Below are positions 27,085-37,340 of a DNA stretch of 64,000 bases, piece by piece. The DNA is taken from the NCBI GenBank assembly GCA_965242695.1, contig CBDESU010000001.1, positions 352,001 to 416,000 on the forward strand. Reading direction: 5' to 3'. Source of the stretch: Cenarchaeum sp. (GTDB lineage Archaea > Thermoproteota > Nitrososphaeria > Nitrososphaerales > Nitrosopumilaceae). Every line of letters starts with the position of its first letter. Positions within the stretch are counted from its first letter, which is position 1. The position numbers were made by a program, and so were the translations under genes. The notes below the pieces were generated by a model. It was not told the origin of the DNA. It made no database searches and saw only the letters and a list, made by a program, of their open reading frames with translations.

Positions 27085-29822
27085 CTCGCATGCAGCCCCG
27101 CGGCCCAGCCCATCTCGGAGCGGGCCCTCTCGAGGAACGCCGATGCGATCCTCATCCTCTCGAGGGTCTGCTCGACGGCCCGCTCCGTGCCGGGCACGCC
27201 GTTCCTGGCAAGGAATGCCTCGACCTCGCCATAGTGGTCGCGGCGGCCCCTGGATCCCCCCGGCGCCGCCCCTGGCTGCGAGAGGCACGAGACGATCCTG
27301 GAGAGCAGGGGGTTTCCGCGGCCGACCTTTTCGGCCACGGCCCCCCAGTTGGACCTCACCCACGGCCAGACGACGCCGGCGCCGCGCGGGCTGGCCGCCG
27401 CCCTGACTACGACGACATGGACGTTCTGCGAGCGCACCTTGCCGCCTAGCGCAAAGTCCAGGCCGCGCCGCAGCAGTGCGGCGTCCCCGAGCGATGCGAG
27501 CCCGCCGCCGAGTATCCTGACCGACTCTTCCTGCGACTGCGATGCGCCGTACAGCGAGACGAGCCTGGAAAACGTCTGCCGCGTCGGGCTGCCCTGGGCC
27601 ACTGCCGAGTATACGGCATCCCTGAGGTCGGCGGCGAGCGGCTCGGACCCGTCGTAGTGGGCGTCAAACCTGGACTCGGCCTCTGCGATCGTCGAGACGT
27701 CGCCGAGCGCACCGAGGGCCGATATGGCGCCGCCGCGCAGCAGCGCATCCGTGTGCCTCTCGCCCCTGCGCGCGTCCCACCCGAGCCTGTCGAGCAGCCT
27801 GGAAAAGTGGCGCCGCGCGTACCCTGCGATTATCCCCGAGTAGGGCTCGCCGTACGTCCTTGCCCACAGCGACCGCAGCGATGCCGAAATGTCGGCGCAC
27901 ACCATGTAGTCCTCGTCGCCAGAGTAGGCGTCGACCATGTCCAGGTACTCGCCGAGCGCGGCCCTGCCTGCCATGCACATCGCGTACAGGTCGTTGTGCA
28001 CGCCCCACCTGTCGATCGCCTGGATCGACCCCTGCGTTATGGCATGCCGCACGTCGATCATCATGCCCTGGTCGTACCTGACGCGGTAAAAGCCGCGCCT
28101 GCCCAGGTTGACGACGGCGACCGTGTGCCGCGCGGCCGCGCGCCCGCGGCCCTTGGCGCCACCCTTCCTGCCGCCGGATGCGGCGGCCCTCTTCGCCGCC
28201 GGCGCCTCTATCGATCCCGTCCGCCTAGAGAACAGCTCCGGCCTGGCGCCTCTGGCCCCTGCCGCCTCCCCGCGGACGGCCGCCCTGCCTGTTCCGGCCG
28301 CGGCGGACGATGCCAGGCCGACCGAGACGGGTATGGGCCAGGCCGCCGGCTCCGACCCTGCGCCGCGCCGGCCGCTCCTGACGCGGCGCGGCTCGTACGT
28401 AAACCTCTCCTGCCTGAGGCGCAGCCTGCGGCCCCTGCCCCTGCCGCCTCCCATCGATGCCTCGACCACGGGAAACCCCTCGCGCCCGATCCACGCCTGC
28501 ACGAGCCGCCTGACGGGGAGGCCGGACGCCTCGCCTATCGCATCCCACAGGTCGGCGCCGGACGCGTTGCCGTACGCGTGGTCCTTGAGGTATTTTCTCA
28601 GCCCCCTGCGGAACGCGGCCTCGCCGACATAGTCCTCTAGCATGAGCAGTATGCTGCCGCCCTTGTCGTACGATATGGCGTCGAATATCTCCCTGATCTC
28701 GGACGGGCTGGCCACGTCGACGTCTATGGGGTGCGTGGAGTGGAGGGCATCGAGGGACATTGCGGTGGCGACGGCGTCGCCGGCGAACTGCTCCCACATG
28801 TCCCACTCGGGGTGGATCATGTCTACGAACTTTGTGGCCATGAACGTCGCAAAGCTCTCGTTGAGCCACAGGTCGTTCCACCATTCCATGGTCACCAGGT
28901 TGCCGAACCACTGGTGGGCGATCTCGTGCGAGACGACCTCGGCGATGAACTGCTTTGTGCGCGTAGACGACGTCTTTTGGTCGTACAGCAGGACTGCCTC
29001 CCTGAACGTAATGGCACCCCAGTTCTCCATGGCCCCCGCGGCAAAGTCGGGAACGGCGATGAGGTCTAGCTTTGGCAGCGGGTACGGCGACCCAAAGTAC
29101 CTGCCGTACAGGCCGAGCAGCTTTTTTGCCAGGCCCAGGGCGTAGCGGCCCTCTCGGGAGCGGCCCCTTGTGGTGACGACCCTGACGGCGACCCCGTCGC
29201 CGGTCCTGCCGCCGATCGACTCGAAGTCGCCGACGCCCAGGTACACGAGGTACGTCGACATTACCGGCGTCGTCTCGAACGTGTAGCGCGTGCGAGCGGC
29301 GCTTCCCTTGCCGCCCCGTACGGACTTTTTCGAGGCAACCGGCATGTTCGAGATTGCGGTGTCGCCTCCATGTGCAATGATCGATATGTCGAACGTAGCC
29401 TTGGCGGCCGGCTCGTCAAAGCACGGGAATGCCCGCCTCGCGTCGGCAGCCTCGAACTGCGTCGTGGCAAGGCGCCTTGCCTTGCCCTTGTACTCGTACT
29501 CGCTCAGGTAGAAGCCGAGGAGTCGTTTGTTGAGCGTACCCGCGTACTCTACCTCGACGGTCAGCCTGCCGCGCACCCTGCGGCCGAGCGACAGGACGAG
29601 CGCCTCGCGGCCCTCGTCGAGCTTGGCCCTCGCGGGCACGTCCTCGCCCTTGGCGTCCTCGGCGCGGACCGACGAGACCTGTAGCTCGGCGGCATCCAGG
29701 ACGACCTCGGAGACGGGCTTGAAGCACTCAATCTCAATGGAGGCACTCCCGGCAAACCTGGCCTTGGCGAGGTCGGGCTCAAGCTCGAGTCTGTACGACA
29801 CCGGTCTGACGCCCTCTTGCAC
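27081..29822 (-). CDS. M1-family zinc aminopeptidase
   Basis: TQFEAADARRAFPCFDEP, GAMENWG, HEIAHQWFGNLVT..WWNDLWLNE, YDKGG. Confidence 0.96.
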   Translation of the reverse strand: MQEGVRPVSYRLELEPDLAKARFAGSASIEIECFKPVSEVVLDAAELQVSSVRAEDAKGEDVPARAKLDEGREALVLSLGRRVRGRLTVEVEYAGTLNKRLLGFYLSEYEYKGKARRLATTQFEAADARRAFPCFDEPAAKATFDISIIAHGGDTAISNMPVASKKSVRGGKGSAARTRYTFETTPVMSTYLVYLGVGDFESIGGRTGDGVAVRVVTTRGRSREGRYALGLAKKLLGLYGRYFGSPYPLPKLDLIAVPDFAAGAMENWGAITFREAVLLYDQKTSSTRTKQFIAEVVSHEIAHQWFGNLVTMEWWNDLWLNESFATFMATKFVDMIHPEWDMWEQFAGDAVATAMSLDALHSTHPIDVDVASPSEIREIFDAISYDKGGSILLMLEDYVGEAAFRRGLRKYLKDHAYGNASGADLWDAIGEASGLPVRRLVQAWIGREGFPVVEASMGGGRGRGRRLRLRQERFTYEPRRVRSGRRGAGSEPAAWPIPVSVGLASSAAAGTGRAAVRGEAAGARGARPELFSRRTGSIEAPAAKRAAASGGRKGGAKGRGRAAARHTVAVVNLGRRGFYRVRYDQGMMIDVRHAITQGSIQAIDRWGVHNDLYAMCMAGRAALGEYLDMVDAYSGDEDYMVCADISASLRSLWARTYGEPYSGIIAGYARRHFSRLLDRLGWDARRGERHTDALLRGGAISALGALGDVSTIAEAESRFDAHYDGSEPLAADLRDAVYSAVAQGSPTRQTFSRLVSLYGASQSQEESVRILGGGLASLGDAALLRRGLDFALGGKVRSQNVHVVVVRAAASPRGAGVVWPWVRSNWGAVAEKVGRGNPLLSRIVSCLSQPGAAPGGSRGRRDHYGEVEAFLARNGVPGTERAVEQTLERMRIASAFLERARSEMGWAAGLHAR

Positions 29823-30226
29823 GCCGCCGCCGACGGCGCGCCCCCTATTTAGATTGGGACATATTGCGCAAGGCGGACCGTGGGTGGGCGGTCATATGTG
29901 TGGGCAGGCGGCCTGTGTGCGGGTTCATGCCAGACGGACCTTCGAGTCGCGCTACGGCGCAAGCAGTAACAATGGAACGGCTAGCGCCGGCATGGCTCCT
30001 AGCAGACGGCATAGCAACGCCCTTGACTGCGACCGCCCCATTCTATTCATACCGTGCGTGGACACCGCGGCCGCGGCGCTGGCGCACATGCCGGTGGAAG
30101 CTACTGCGCTGGGCCCTTGAGCCTGCGGCCGGATGGCGCCCGAGCGCCTGCCCCCGCCCAATTCAGGTCCGGCACGTAGCGGGACGGGACGGAGTGATTA
30201 AATAGCAGTCGCCGCGGGCGCGCGGC

Positions 30227-31138
30227 ATGCACGAACGACGCACGGCGGCATGTGCCACGATCGTGACATTGGTGGCGATCGCGGTGCCGGCTGGCGCCAC
30301 GCATGCTCAAGCGGGAGGTGAGATCATACCGGCATGGATCGATCAAATTTTCATCTATTATGCAAGCGACCAGATAAGTGCAAGTGAACTCATTATGGCT
30401 CTTGAATACACAGACAACAACATCCTGCAGATCGACCACTATAGCACACAAGCTACAAACTACGGCATCGACACAGTCGACGACGCTAACGATGCAGTCG
30501 ACAACGCCATTGAAGCCAGCGACATTGTCACTGACCCGCAATTCATAATATCAACACTTGATGCCGACCTAGATGCCAACAGTGCCATCACGAACGCCAT
30601 CAACGTTGCCATTGACATTGCACATGACGATGCGGCAAGCGTTGATGTACAGGCCGCGGCACTGGCTGCTTTTACCGACACTGCTTGGAATCTGAGATAT
30701 ACCAATGATCATGCGGCTAACAACAATGTTACCTCTACCAAGGCCGCTGAAAAAAAAGCCAACCGACATGCAGAGAATGCCTACAATGACCACATGAATG
30801 ACAGTGATGGGCTAGCATCATCACTCCTCAAATCACTTGCATCAGACGTAGCATGGAGCCACTCTTCTGCTGCCTACATGAATGCACTAGCCGTCGTCGA
30901 GTCATCCAAAGCAGATGCATACATATCAATAAAGCATGCCGCCATTAAACATGCTGACGCTCTCAATGCAGTATCTGCCGATGCGTGGGCTATTGACGCC
31001 TTTAATCTTGCAGCTGCAATCGCATCCGACGCCGCCGATGAGTACACAAACAAAGCTGATGCATACAAGAACGCTGCTGATGCATGGGATGCGGCCGCCG
31101 CAGCCAACGTGGCCGCCGCCATCGCAAGAGCTATCTAG
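30227..31138 (+). CDS. Secreted Ala/Asp-rich protein with thaumarchaeal IPAWI-type surface domain
   Basis: Signal peptide, then IPAWIDQIFIYYASDQISASELIMALEY, then a helical Ala-rich region of lower GC. Confidence 0.7.
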   Translation: MHERRTAACATIVTLVAIAVPAGATHAQAGGEIIPAWIDQIFIYYASDQISASELIMALEYTDNNILQIDHYSTQATNYGIDTVDDANDAVDNAIEASDIVTDPQFIISTLDADLDANSAITNAINVAIDIAHDDAASVDVQAAALAAFTDTAWNLRYTNDHAANNNVTSTKAAEKKANRHAENAYNDHMNDSDGLASSLLKSLASDVAWSHSSAAYMNALAVVESSKADAYISIKHAAIKHADALNAVSADAWAIDAFNLAAAIASDAADEYTNKADAYKNAADAWDAAAAANVAAAIARAI

Positions 31139-31254
31139 CCGCAATGTGCACGGTCGGGCGCAAAATTGTAAACCCTGTGAGCCCCGCCAATGCGTTGAAC
31201 CTCAAGATGGACGGTGCGTGGGCGGCGCGGCCGGCAGGCGTCGGTGCATGCGAG

Positions 31255-31660
31255 GGTGGCCGCCGCGTTGGGTCTTCGGGCTAGATTGGCCGTTCGTCGT
31301 ATACATGCATGACAATCGAGCATGCAGACTGCGCCGATGGGCGACCACCACGAACGTGCGGCCCGCCTCTCTCCCACCTGTCTAGGCTTGGCATGGAGCC
31401 GCGTGCGGACAGGCAGCGCGAGTCGCACGCGCAGGCGACCGCCGCGTTGGCACCTCAAACCGGGACAGTTCGAACGGGTGGCCGCCGCCCGAGCCCTTGC
31501 TGAAAGAGCATGCATGTGAGGTACGGCGACCGCCGCGTTGGGGCCTCAAGCCTGCGGGCGGACAGCCGCCGCCACCACTGCTTTGGATTCTTGAGTCGGC
31601 GGTGCCTTAGCGTCCATCCCGAAGGGGTATGCGGACGGCGACCGCCGCGTTGGGTTCTCG
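31255..31660 (+). repeat. Dispersed degenerate direct repeats, GGCGACCGCCGCGTTGG core
   Basis: Copies at about 31255, 31340 (degenerate), 31434, 31525 and 31637. Confidence 0.7.
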
Positions 31661-31860
31661 TTCCGAGAGGTGCAGGAAGGGCGGCATGTCCGGCGGCGCT
31701 CCAACTTCAGCCTCCTATCGGAGCCGCCATCGATGCGATCGCAGGAACAACCCGTTCGCACCTTGTTTACTCCTACCAGCGATCGCCTGGCGGTCCACCT
31801 GTCTTCCCATGCGCCCCCGCCGCCAGGCCGTATGACAGGCGCCAGAGTCCCTCCACCGCG

Positions 31861-32028
31861 CTAGTCCCTGCGGCTAGGACGATCCCAGCCCGCTGCATGA
31901 AGTGGAAGGGGGCGAGGCATCCTTACTGCACTAGTCCCTGCGGCTAGGACGGGCCTCAACCCACCCAGCCGGGCCCTCTCGCTCGACCCCGAGACAGAGT
32001 ACCTGGCGCGGTGGCTAGGACGGGCCTC
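31861..32028 (+). repeat. Direct repeats CTAGTCCCTGCGGCTAGGACG at ~70-bp period
   Basis: Exact copies at 31861 and 31931, and a partial third copy (GGCTAGGACGGGCCTC) near 32013. Confidence 0.75.
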
Positions 32029-32112
32029 GGCCCCCGCCCCCGCCCCGGCCGTGCCCCGCCCACCGCGATCCGGCTAATGTTGGTTTAAATTATCGCCCGC
32101 ATTCGGCGCGCC

Positions 32113-34260
32113 GTGCACGGGCGCGCCGCACGGTTCAAGCTGCGATCGGAGTTCAAGCCGACCGGAGACCAGCCGCAGGCGATCGGCGCCCTGGCCAGGG
32201 GCGTCGAGCGGGGCCAGACGCAGACGCTCCTCGGCGTGACGGGCTCTGGCAAGACGTTCACGGTAGCCAACGTGATCGCCCGCACCGGCAAGAACACGCT
32301 GATCATATCGCACAACAAGACGCTCGCCGCCCAGCTGTACAACGAGCTCAAGCAGTTCTTCCCCGACAACAACGTCGGGTACTTTGTCTCGTACTACGAC
32401 TACTACCAGCCGGAGAGCTACATGGTCAGCACCGACACGTACATCGAAAAGGACACGCAGATCAACGACCGGATAGAGAAGATGCGCCTAGAGGCGACCG
32501 CGATGCTCCTCTCGGGCGAGCCGACCATCATAGTGGCGACCGTCTCGTGCATCTACTCGCTCGGCAACCCGGCCGACTGGGAAAAGATGGCCATTACGGT
32601 GCGCGAGGGGGACCAGACCACGCGCAGCGCGCTCATAAAGTCGCTCGTGGCGGCGCGCTACGAGCGCAACGACGTCGGGGTGGGCCCCGGGATGTTTAGG
32701 GTGCGGGGCGAGGCGATCGACGTGACGCCGGCCTACTCTGAGGACATGGTGCGCGTGTCCCTGGTCGGCGACAGGATCGACCGCGTCTCGTTCGTCGACC
32801 CGGTTACGATGTCCGTCAAGAGGCGCGTGCCAGAGTTCCGCATATTCCCGGCCAAGCACTACCTCATATCGGGCGACGTGCAGGACAGGGCGATCGGCTC
32901 CATAATGGCCGAGCTCGACGATCGCATGCCCGAGCTGCGCGAGCTGGAGCGGCAGAGGCTCGAGACGCGCACGCAGCACGACGTAGAGATGATCACCGAG
33001 CTCGGATACTGCTCGGGAATTGAGAACTACTCTAGGCACTTTGACGGGCGCAGGCCCGGCGAGCCGGCGTTCTGCCTGCTGGACTTCTTCGGCGACGACT
33101 TTCTGCTCGTGATCGACGAGTCGCACGTCACGCTGCCGCAGCTGCACGCAATGTACAAGGGCGACCACTCGCGCAAGAGGGAGCTCATAACGTACGGGTT
33201 CCGCCTGCCGAGCGCCTACGACAACCGCCCGCTAAAGTTCGAAGAGTTCGAGGGGTACATCGGCACGACGATATTCGCATCGGCGACGCCGGCCGCGTAC
33301 GAGCGCGAAAAGTCGGAGCGGGTCGTAGAGCAGCTCGTCCGGCCGACGGGCCTCGTCGACCCCGGCGTCGAGGTGCGCCCGACCGAGGGGCAGATGGACG
33401 ACCTGATGGGCGAGATCGACAAGCGCGTGGCACGATCAGAGCGCGTCTTCGTCACGACCCTCACAAAGCGCATGGCCGAGGACCTCGCAGAGTACCTCTC
33501 AAAGAACGGCAAGAAGGTGCGCTACCTGCACGCCGACATAGAGGGCCTAAAGAGGACCGAGCTCCTCAGGCAGCTGCGCCTCGGCGAGTTCGACATACTA
33601 GTCGGGATCAACCTGCTGCGCGAGGGCCTCGACCTGCCAGAGGTCTCGCTCGTGGCCATACTCGACGCCGACAAGGAGGGATTCCTGCGAAACTATACGA
33701 GCCTCGTCCAGACGTTCGGCAGGGCCGCGCGCAACGTCAACGGCCGCGTCATAATGTACGCCGACAGGGTGACCGACTCTATGAAGGCGGCCGTTCGCGA
33801 GACCGACAGGAGGCGCCGCACGCAGGAGGCGTACAACCGAAGGCACGGCATAACGCCGCGCACGATCTCAAAGCCCATACCGGAAGAGCCGGTGGCCATG
33901 CTCGACGACACGTCGCTGAGGACAAAGGCCGACCTGGAGGAAGAGCTGGAGCGCCTCGGCGGGCTCATGCGCGACTATTCAGAGGTCATGGACTTTGAGA
34001 ACGCGGCCGCCTGCCGCGACCAGATAAAGCGGATACGCTCAAAGATCAAGGGCAAGCGGCGCGGCGCCGCCGCCGGGCGCCGCGGGGGCCGCGGCCGCGC
34101 CGGCCCGGCCGCCGCGGGGGCAGCTGCCGCGCCTGCCCTTGCCGAGGAGCCGCCGAAAAAGGCCCCGCCAAAGCCGCGCCGGCAGCCGGCGCCGGTCATT
34201 GTGGCGGGCTCGGGCGGCAGCCGGCGCCGCGGTTCGGGCGGCGGGGGCAGGAGGAGGTAG
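32113..34260 (+). CDS. uvrB: Excinuclease ABC subunit B
   Basis: [50 protein letters not shown]. Confidence 0.98.
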   Translation: MHGRAARFKLRSEFKPTGDQPQAIGALARGVERGQTQTLLGVTGSGKTFTVANVIARTGKNTLIISHNKTLAAQLYNELKQFFPDNNVGYFVSYYDYYQPESYMVSTDTYIEKDTQINDRIEKMRLEATAMLLSGEPTIIVATVSCIYSLGNPADWEKMAITVREGDQTTRSALIKSLVAARYERNDVGVGPGMFRVRGEAIDVTPAYSEDMVRVSLVGDRIDRVSFVDPVTMSVKRRVPEFRIFPAKHYLISGDVQDRAIGSIMAELDDRMPELRELERQRLETRTQHDVEMITELGYCSGIENYSRHFDGRRPGEPAFCLLDFFGDDFLLVIDESHVTLPQLHAMYKGDHSRKRELITYGFRLPSAYDNRPLKFEEFEGYIGTTIFASATPAAYEREKSERVVEQLVRPTGLVDPGVEVRPTEGQMDDLMGEIDKRVARSERVFVTTLTKRMAEDLAEYLSKNGKKVRYLHADIEGLKRTELLRQLRLGEFDILVGINLLREGLDLPEVSLVAILDADKEGFLRNYTSLVQTFGRAARNVNGRVIMYADRVTDSMKAAVRETDRRRRTQEAYNRRHGITPRTISKPIPEEPVAMLDDTSLRTKADLEEELERLGGLMRDYSEVMDFENAAACRDQIKRIRSKIKGKRRGAAAGRRGGRGRAGPAAAGAAAAPALAEEPPKKAPPKPRRQPAPVIVAGSGGSRRRGSGGGGRRR

Positions 34261-34266
34261 GGCGCA

Positions 34267-37200
34267 ATGGCAAGGGACGTACTGCGCATACGCGGCGCGA
34301 GGCACCACAACCTAAAGAACATCGACATCGACATGCCCAAGAACAAGCTGATCGTCGTCAGCGGGCTGTCTGGCTCGGGCAAGTCGACGCTCGCGTTCGA
34401 CACGATCTACGCCGAGGGGCAGCGCCGCTACGTCGAGTCGCTCTCTACGTACGCCCGGCAGTTTCTCGAGATGATGGACAAGCCCGACGTCGACTCGATA
34501 GAGGGCCTCAGCCCGTCGATCTCCATACAGCAGAAGACGACGAGCCGCAACCCGCGCTCGACGGTCGGGACCACGACGGAGATATACGACTACCTGCGCC
34601 TCTTGTACGCCCGCGTCGGCACGCCGTACTGCACGGGGTGCGGCCGCAAGGTCTCGAGCCAGTCGGCCGAGACCATTACGGACACGGCCCTGCGCGAGTT
34701 CGACGGCAAGCGCGTCCTGGTCCTCGCGCCGGTCGCCCGCCACAAGAAGGGCACGCACGAAAAGACGCTCGACAAGGCGCGGCGCGACGGCCACGAGCGC
34801 GCCCGCATCGACGGCCACATGTGGCGCCTCGACGAGGAGATCGGAGGGCTCGACAAGAACAAGTGGCACGACGTAGAGATCGTCATGGACAGGCTGACGG
34901 CGCAAAAGGAGGAGCGCTCGCGCCTGTACGAGGCCGTCGAGGCGGCGCTAAAGTCGGCGGCCGGCCGCGTCGTGGTCCTAGAGGGCGACGAGGACGGCGA
35001 GGCCGTCGAGGGGGGCGAGGAGCGCCTGTTCTCGCAGAACAACGCGTGCCCCCACTGCGGGATCACGATAGGCGAGCTCGAGCCGCGCACGTTCTCGTTC
35101 AACTCGCCGTTTGGCATGTGCGAGGACTGCCACGGGATCGGGCTGTCGATGGTCTTCGACCCCGCCCTGATCATACCGGACAGGACGAAGACGCTGCGGG
35201 GCGATGCGATCGCGCCGTGGGCGAGCACCCGCAGCAAGGCGACGCGCACCCGCCTGATGCACGTGCGCCGGCGGATGGGCATAGACCTTGACGTGCCCGT
35301 CTCGCAGCTGAGCGATCGCGAGATGCACCTGCTCATGTTCGGATCCCTCGACGGGTTCGAGCCGAGGGGCGGCAAGGGCAAGGCGGCCGCGGGCGGCCGC
35401 GGCCGCGGCAGGGGCAGGGGCGCCGCCGCGAGCGGGGACGACGAGTACGGCGACGACGACGACGACCTGGAGATCGACATCGGCGGCGGCGGGGGGCGCC
35501 GGAAGCGCGGCCGGCCGGCAAAGCGGGCTGCGGCCGACAACGACGACGACGACTACGACGAGGAAGAGTACGAGGAGAGCGTCCGGATGGCGCTGGAGAT
35601 GAACATGCCGTGGATGCTCCCGCCGATGTACAAGGGGCTGATCGGCGAGCTCGAAAAGGACTATGCAAAGGCGACGACCGACAAGCGCAAGGACCACTTT
35701 AGGCAGTACATGCGCGACCTGCCGTGCCGCACGTGCGACGCCGGGCGCCTCAAGAAGGAGGCGCTCGCCGTGAGGGTCGGCGGCAAGAACATCGGCGAGG
35801 TGTGCATAATGTCGATCCACGACTGCCACGACTTCTTTTCAAACCTAAAGCTGACCGACACCGAGATGTACATCGCAAAGGACGTCCTCAAGGAGGTGCG
35901 GTCCAGGCTAGAGTTCCTGCTCAACGTCGGGCTGGAGTACCTCAGCCTCAACCGCGCGAGCGCCACGCTGTCCGGCGGCGAGTCGCAGCGCATACGGCTG
36001 GCCACCCAGATCGGCTCGAACCTGTCCGGCGTCCTGTACGTGCTCGACGAGCCGACGATCGGGCTGCACCAGCGCGACAACGCCCGGCTGATCAAGACGC
36101 TCGGCAAGCTGCGCGACCTGGGCAACACCGTCATAGTCGTAGAGCACGACGAAGAGGTCATCCGCAGCGCAGACTGGATGCTCGACATGGGGCCGGGCGC
36201 GGGCATACACGGCGGCAGCGCCGTGTTCGCGGGCACGCTCTCGCAGATTCTGAAGGGCAGCGAGTCGATAACCGGCAAGTACCTAAAGGACCATTCCCTG
36301 ATCAGCCTCGCCGGGCGCAAGCGCGTCGCCAAGGACGAGCGGCTCGTCGTGCGGGCCGCGCGCGCAAACAATTTGAAGTCGATAGACGTAGAGGTGCCCC
36401 TCGGCAAGCTCGTCGTCATTACCGGCGTGTCGGGCTCGGGCAAGTCTACGCTCGTCAACGACGTGCTGCTCGCCGCGCTAGAGTCGCACTTTTACGCGAC
36501 GACGTCGCGGCCGGGCGACCACGACCGGATCGAAGGGATCGAGCACATCGACCGCGTCATATCGATCAACCAGTCGCCGATCGGCCGCACGCCGCGCTCG
36601 AACCCCGCTACCTACATCGGCGCGTTCACCCCCGTGCGCGACCTGTACGCCAGCACGGCCTCGTCAAAGGAGCACGGCTACGCGGCAGGCCAGTTCTCGT
36701 TCAACGTCGAGAGCGGAAGGTGCTTTGCATGCGAGGGCGACGGCGTAAAGAAGATCGAGATGCAGTTCCTCTCGGACGTGTACGTAAAGTGCGACGAGTG
36801 CCACGGCCGCCGCTACAACTCGGAGACGCTCGCCGTCAGGTACAAGGGCAAGAACATCGCCGACGTGCTCGAGATGACGGCCCACGAGGCCCTCGACTTC
36901 TTCAAGAACGTCTCGCCCATACGCCGCAAGATGCAGACGCTCAACGACGTAGGGCTCGGCTACATAAAGCTCGGCCAGTCGTCGACTACGCTCTCCGGCG
37001 GCGAGGCGCAGCGCATAAAGCTCGCCGCCGAGCTCTCAAAGCGCAGCACCGGCAAGACGCTGTACGTGCTAGACGAGCCGACGACGGGCCTCCACTTTGC
37101 CGACGTGCAAAAGCTCCTAGAGGTGCTCGACCGCCTCGTGAGCGGCGGGAACACGGTCGTCATCATAGAGCACAACATGGACGTCATCAAGAACGGCGAC

Positions 37201-37332
37201 TGGATCATCGACCTGGGCCCCGAGGGCGGCGACGAGGGCGGCAGGGTCGTCGTGGCGGGCACGGCCGAGGATGTCGCCAAGGCGCCGGGAAGCTACACGG
37301 GCAAGTACCTGCGCAGGCTCGGCAAGAGGTAG
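34267..37332 (+). CDS. uvrA: Excinuclease ABC subunit A
   Basis: [28 protein letters not shown], two LSGGE signatures, GVSGSGKST, zinc fingers. Confidence 0.98.
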   Translation: MARDVLRIRGARHHNLKNIDIDMPKNKLIVVSGLSGSGKSTLAFDTIYAEGQRRYVESLSTYARQFLEMMDKPDVDSIEGLSPSISIQQKTTSRNPRSTVGTTTEIYDYLRLLYARVGTPYCTGCGRKVSSQSAETITDTALREFDGKRVLVLAPVARHKKGTHEKTLDKARRDGHERARIDGHMWRLDEEIGGLDKNKWHDVEIVMDRLTAQKEERSRLYEAVEAALKSAAGRVVVLEGDEDGEAVEGGEERLFSQNNACPHCGITIGELEPRTFSFNSPFGMCEDCHGIGLSMVFDPALIIPDRTKTLRGDAIAPWASTRSKATRTRLMHVRRRMGIDLDVPVSQLSDREMHLLMFGSLDGFEPRGGKGKAAAGGRGRGRGRGAAASGDDEYGDDDDDLEIDIGGGGGRRKRGRPAKRAAADNDDDDYDEEEYEESVRMALEMNMPWMLPPMYKGLIGELEKDYAKATTDKRKDHFRQYMRDLPCRTCDAGRLKKEALAVRVGGKNIGEVCIMSIHDCHDFFSNLKLTDTEMYIAKDVLKEVRSRLEFLLNVGLEYLSLNRASATLSGGESQRIRLATQIGSNLSGVLYVLDEPTIGLHQRDNARLIKTLGKLRDLGNTVIVVEHDEEVIRSADWMLDMGPGAGIHGGSAVFAGTLSQILKGSESITGKYLKDHSLISLAGRKRVAKDERLVVRAARANNLKSIDVEVPLGKLVVITGVSGSGKSTLVNDVLLAALESHFYATTSRPGDHDRIEGIEHIDRVISINQSPIGRTPRSNPATYIGAFTPVRDLYASTASSKEHGYAAGQFSFNVESGRCFACEGDGVKKIEMQFLSDVYVKCDECHGRRYNSETLAVRYKGKNIADVLEMTAHEALDFFKNVSPIRRKMQTLNDVGLGYIKLGQSSTTLSGGEAQRIKLAAELSKRSTGKTLYVLDEPTTGLHFADVQKLLEVLDRLVSGGNTVVIIEHNMDVIKNGDWIIDLGPEGGDEGGRVVVAGTAEDVAKAPGSYTGKYLRRLGKR

Positions 37333-37340
37333 CGGGAGGC

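Noticed and set aside
26609-27091. Long N-terminal extension of MeaB in the 504-aa ORF
   Set aside because: It overlaps the membrane-protein gene in another frame, and MeaB has its own TATA and ATG at 26608.
34267-37332. Genome-wide CUG/CUA reassignment to Ser
   Set aside because: CTG and CTA occur at invariant Leu positions (e.g. UvrA LSGGE and HNLKNI), so the standard code applies.
35724-37340. Apparent 1185-aa UvrC fusion ORF
   Set aside because: The first ~540 codons are an off-frame shadow of uvrA in GC-rich DNA. UvrC plausibly starts at ATG 37341.
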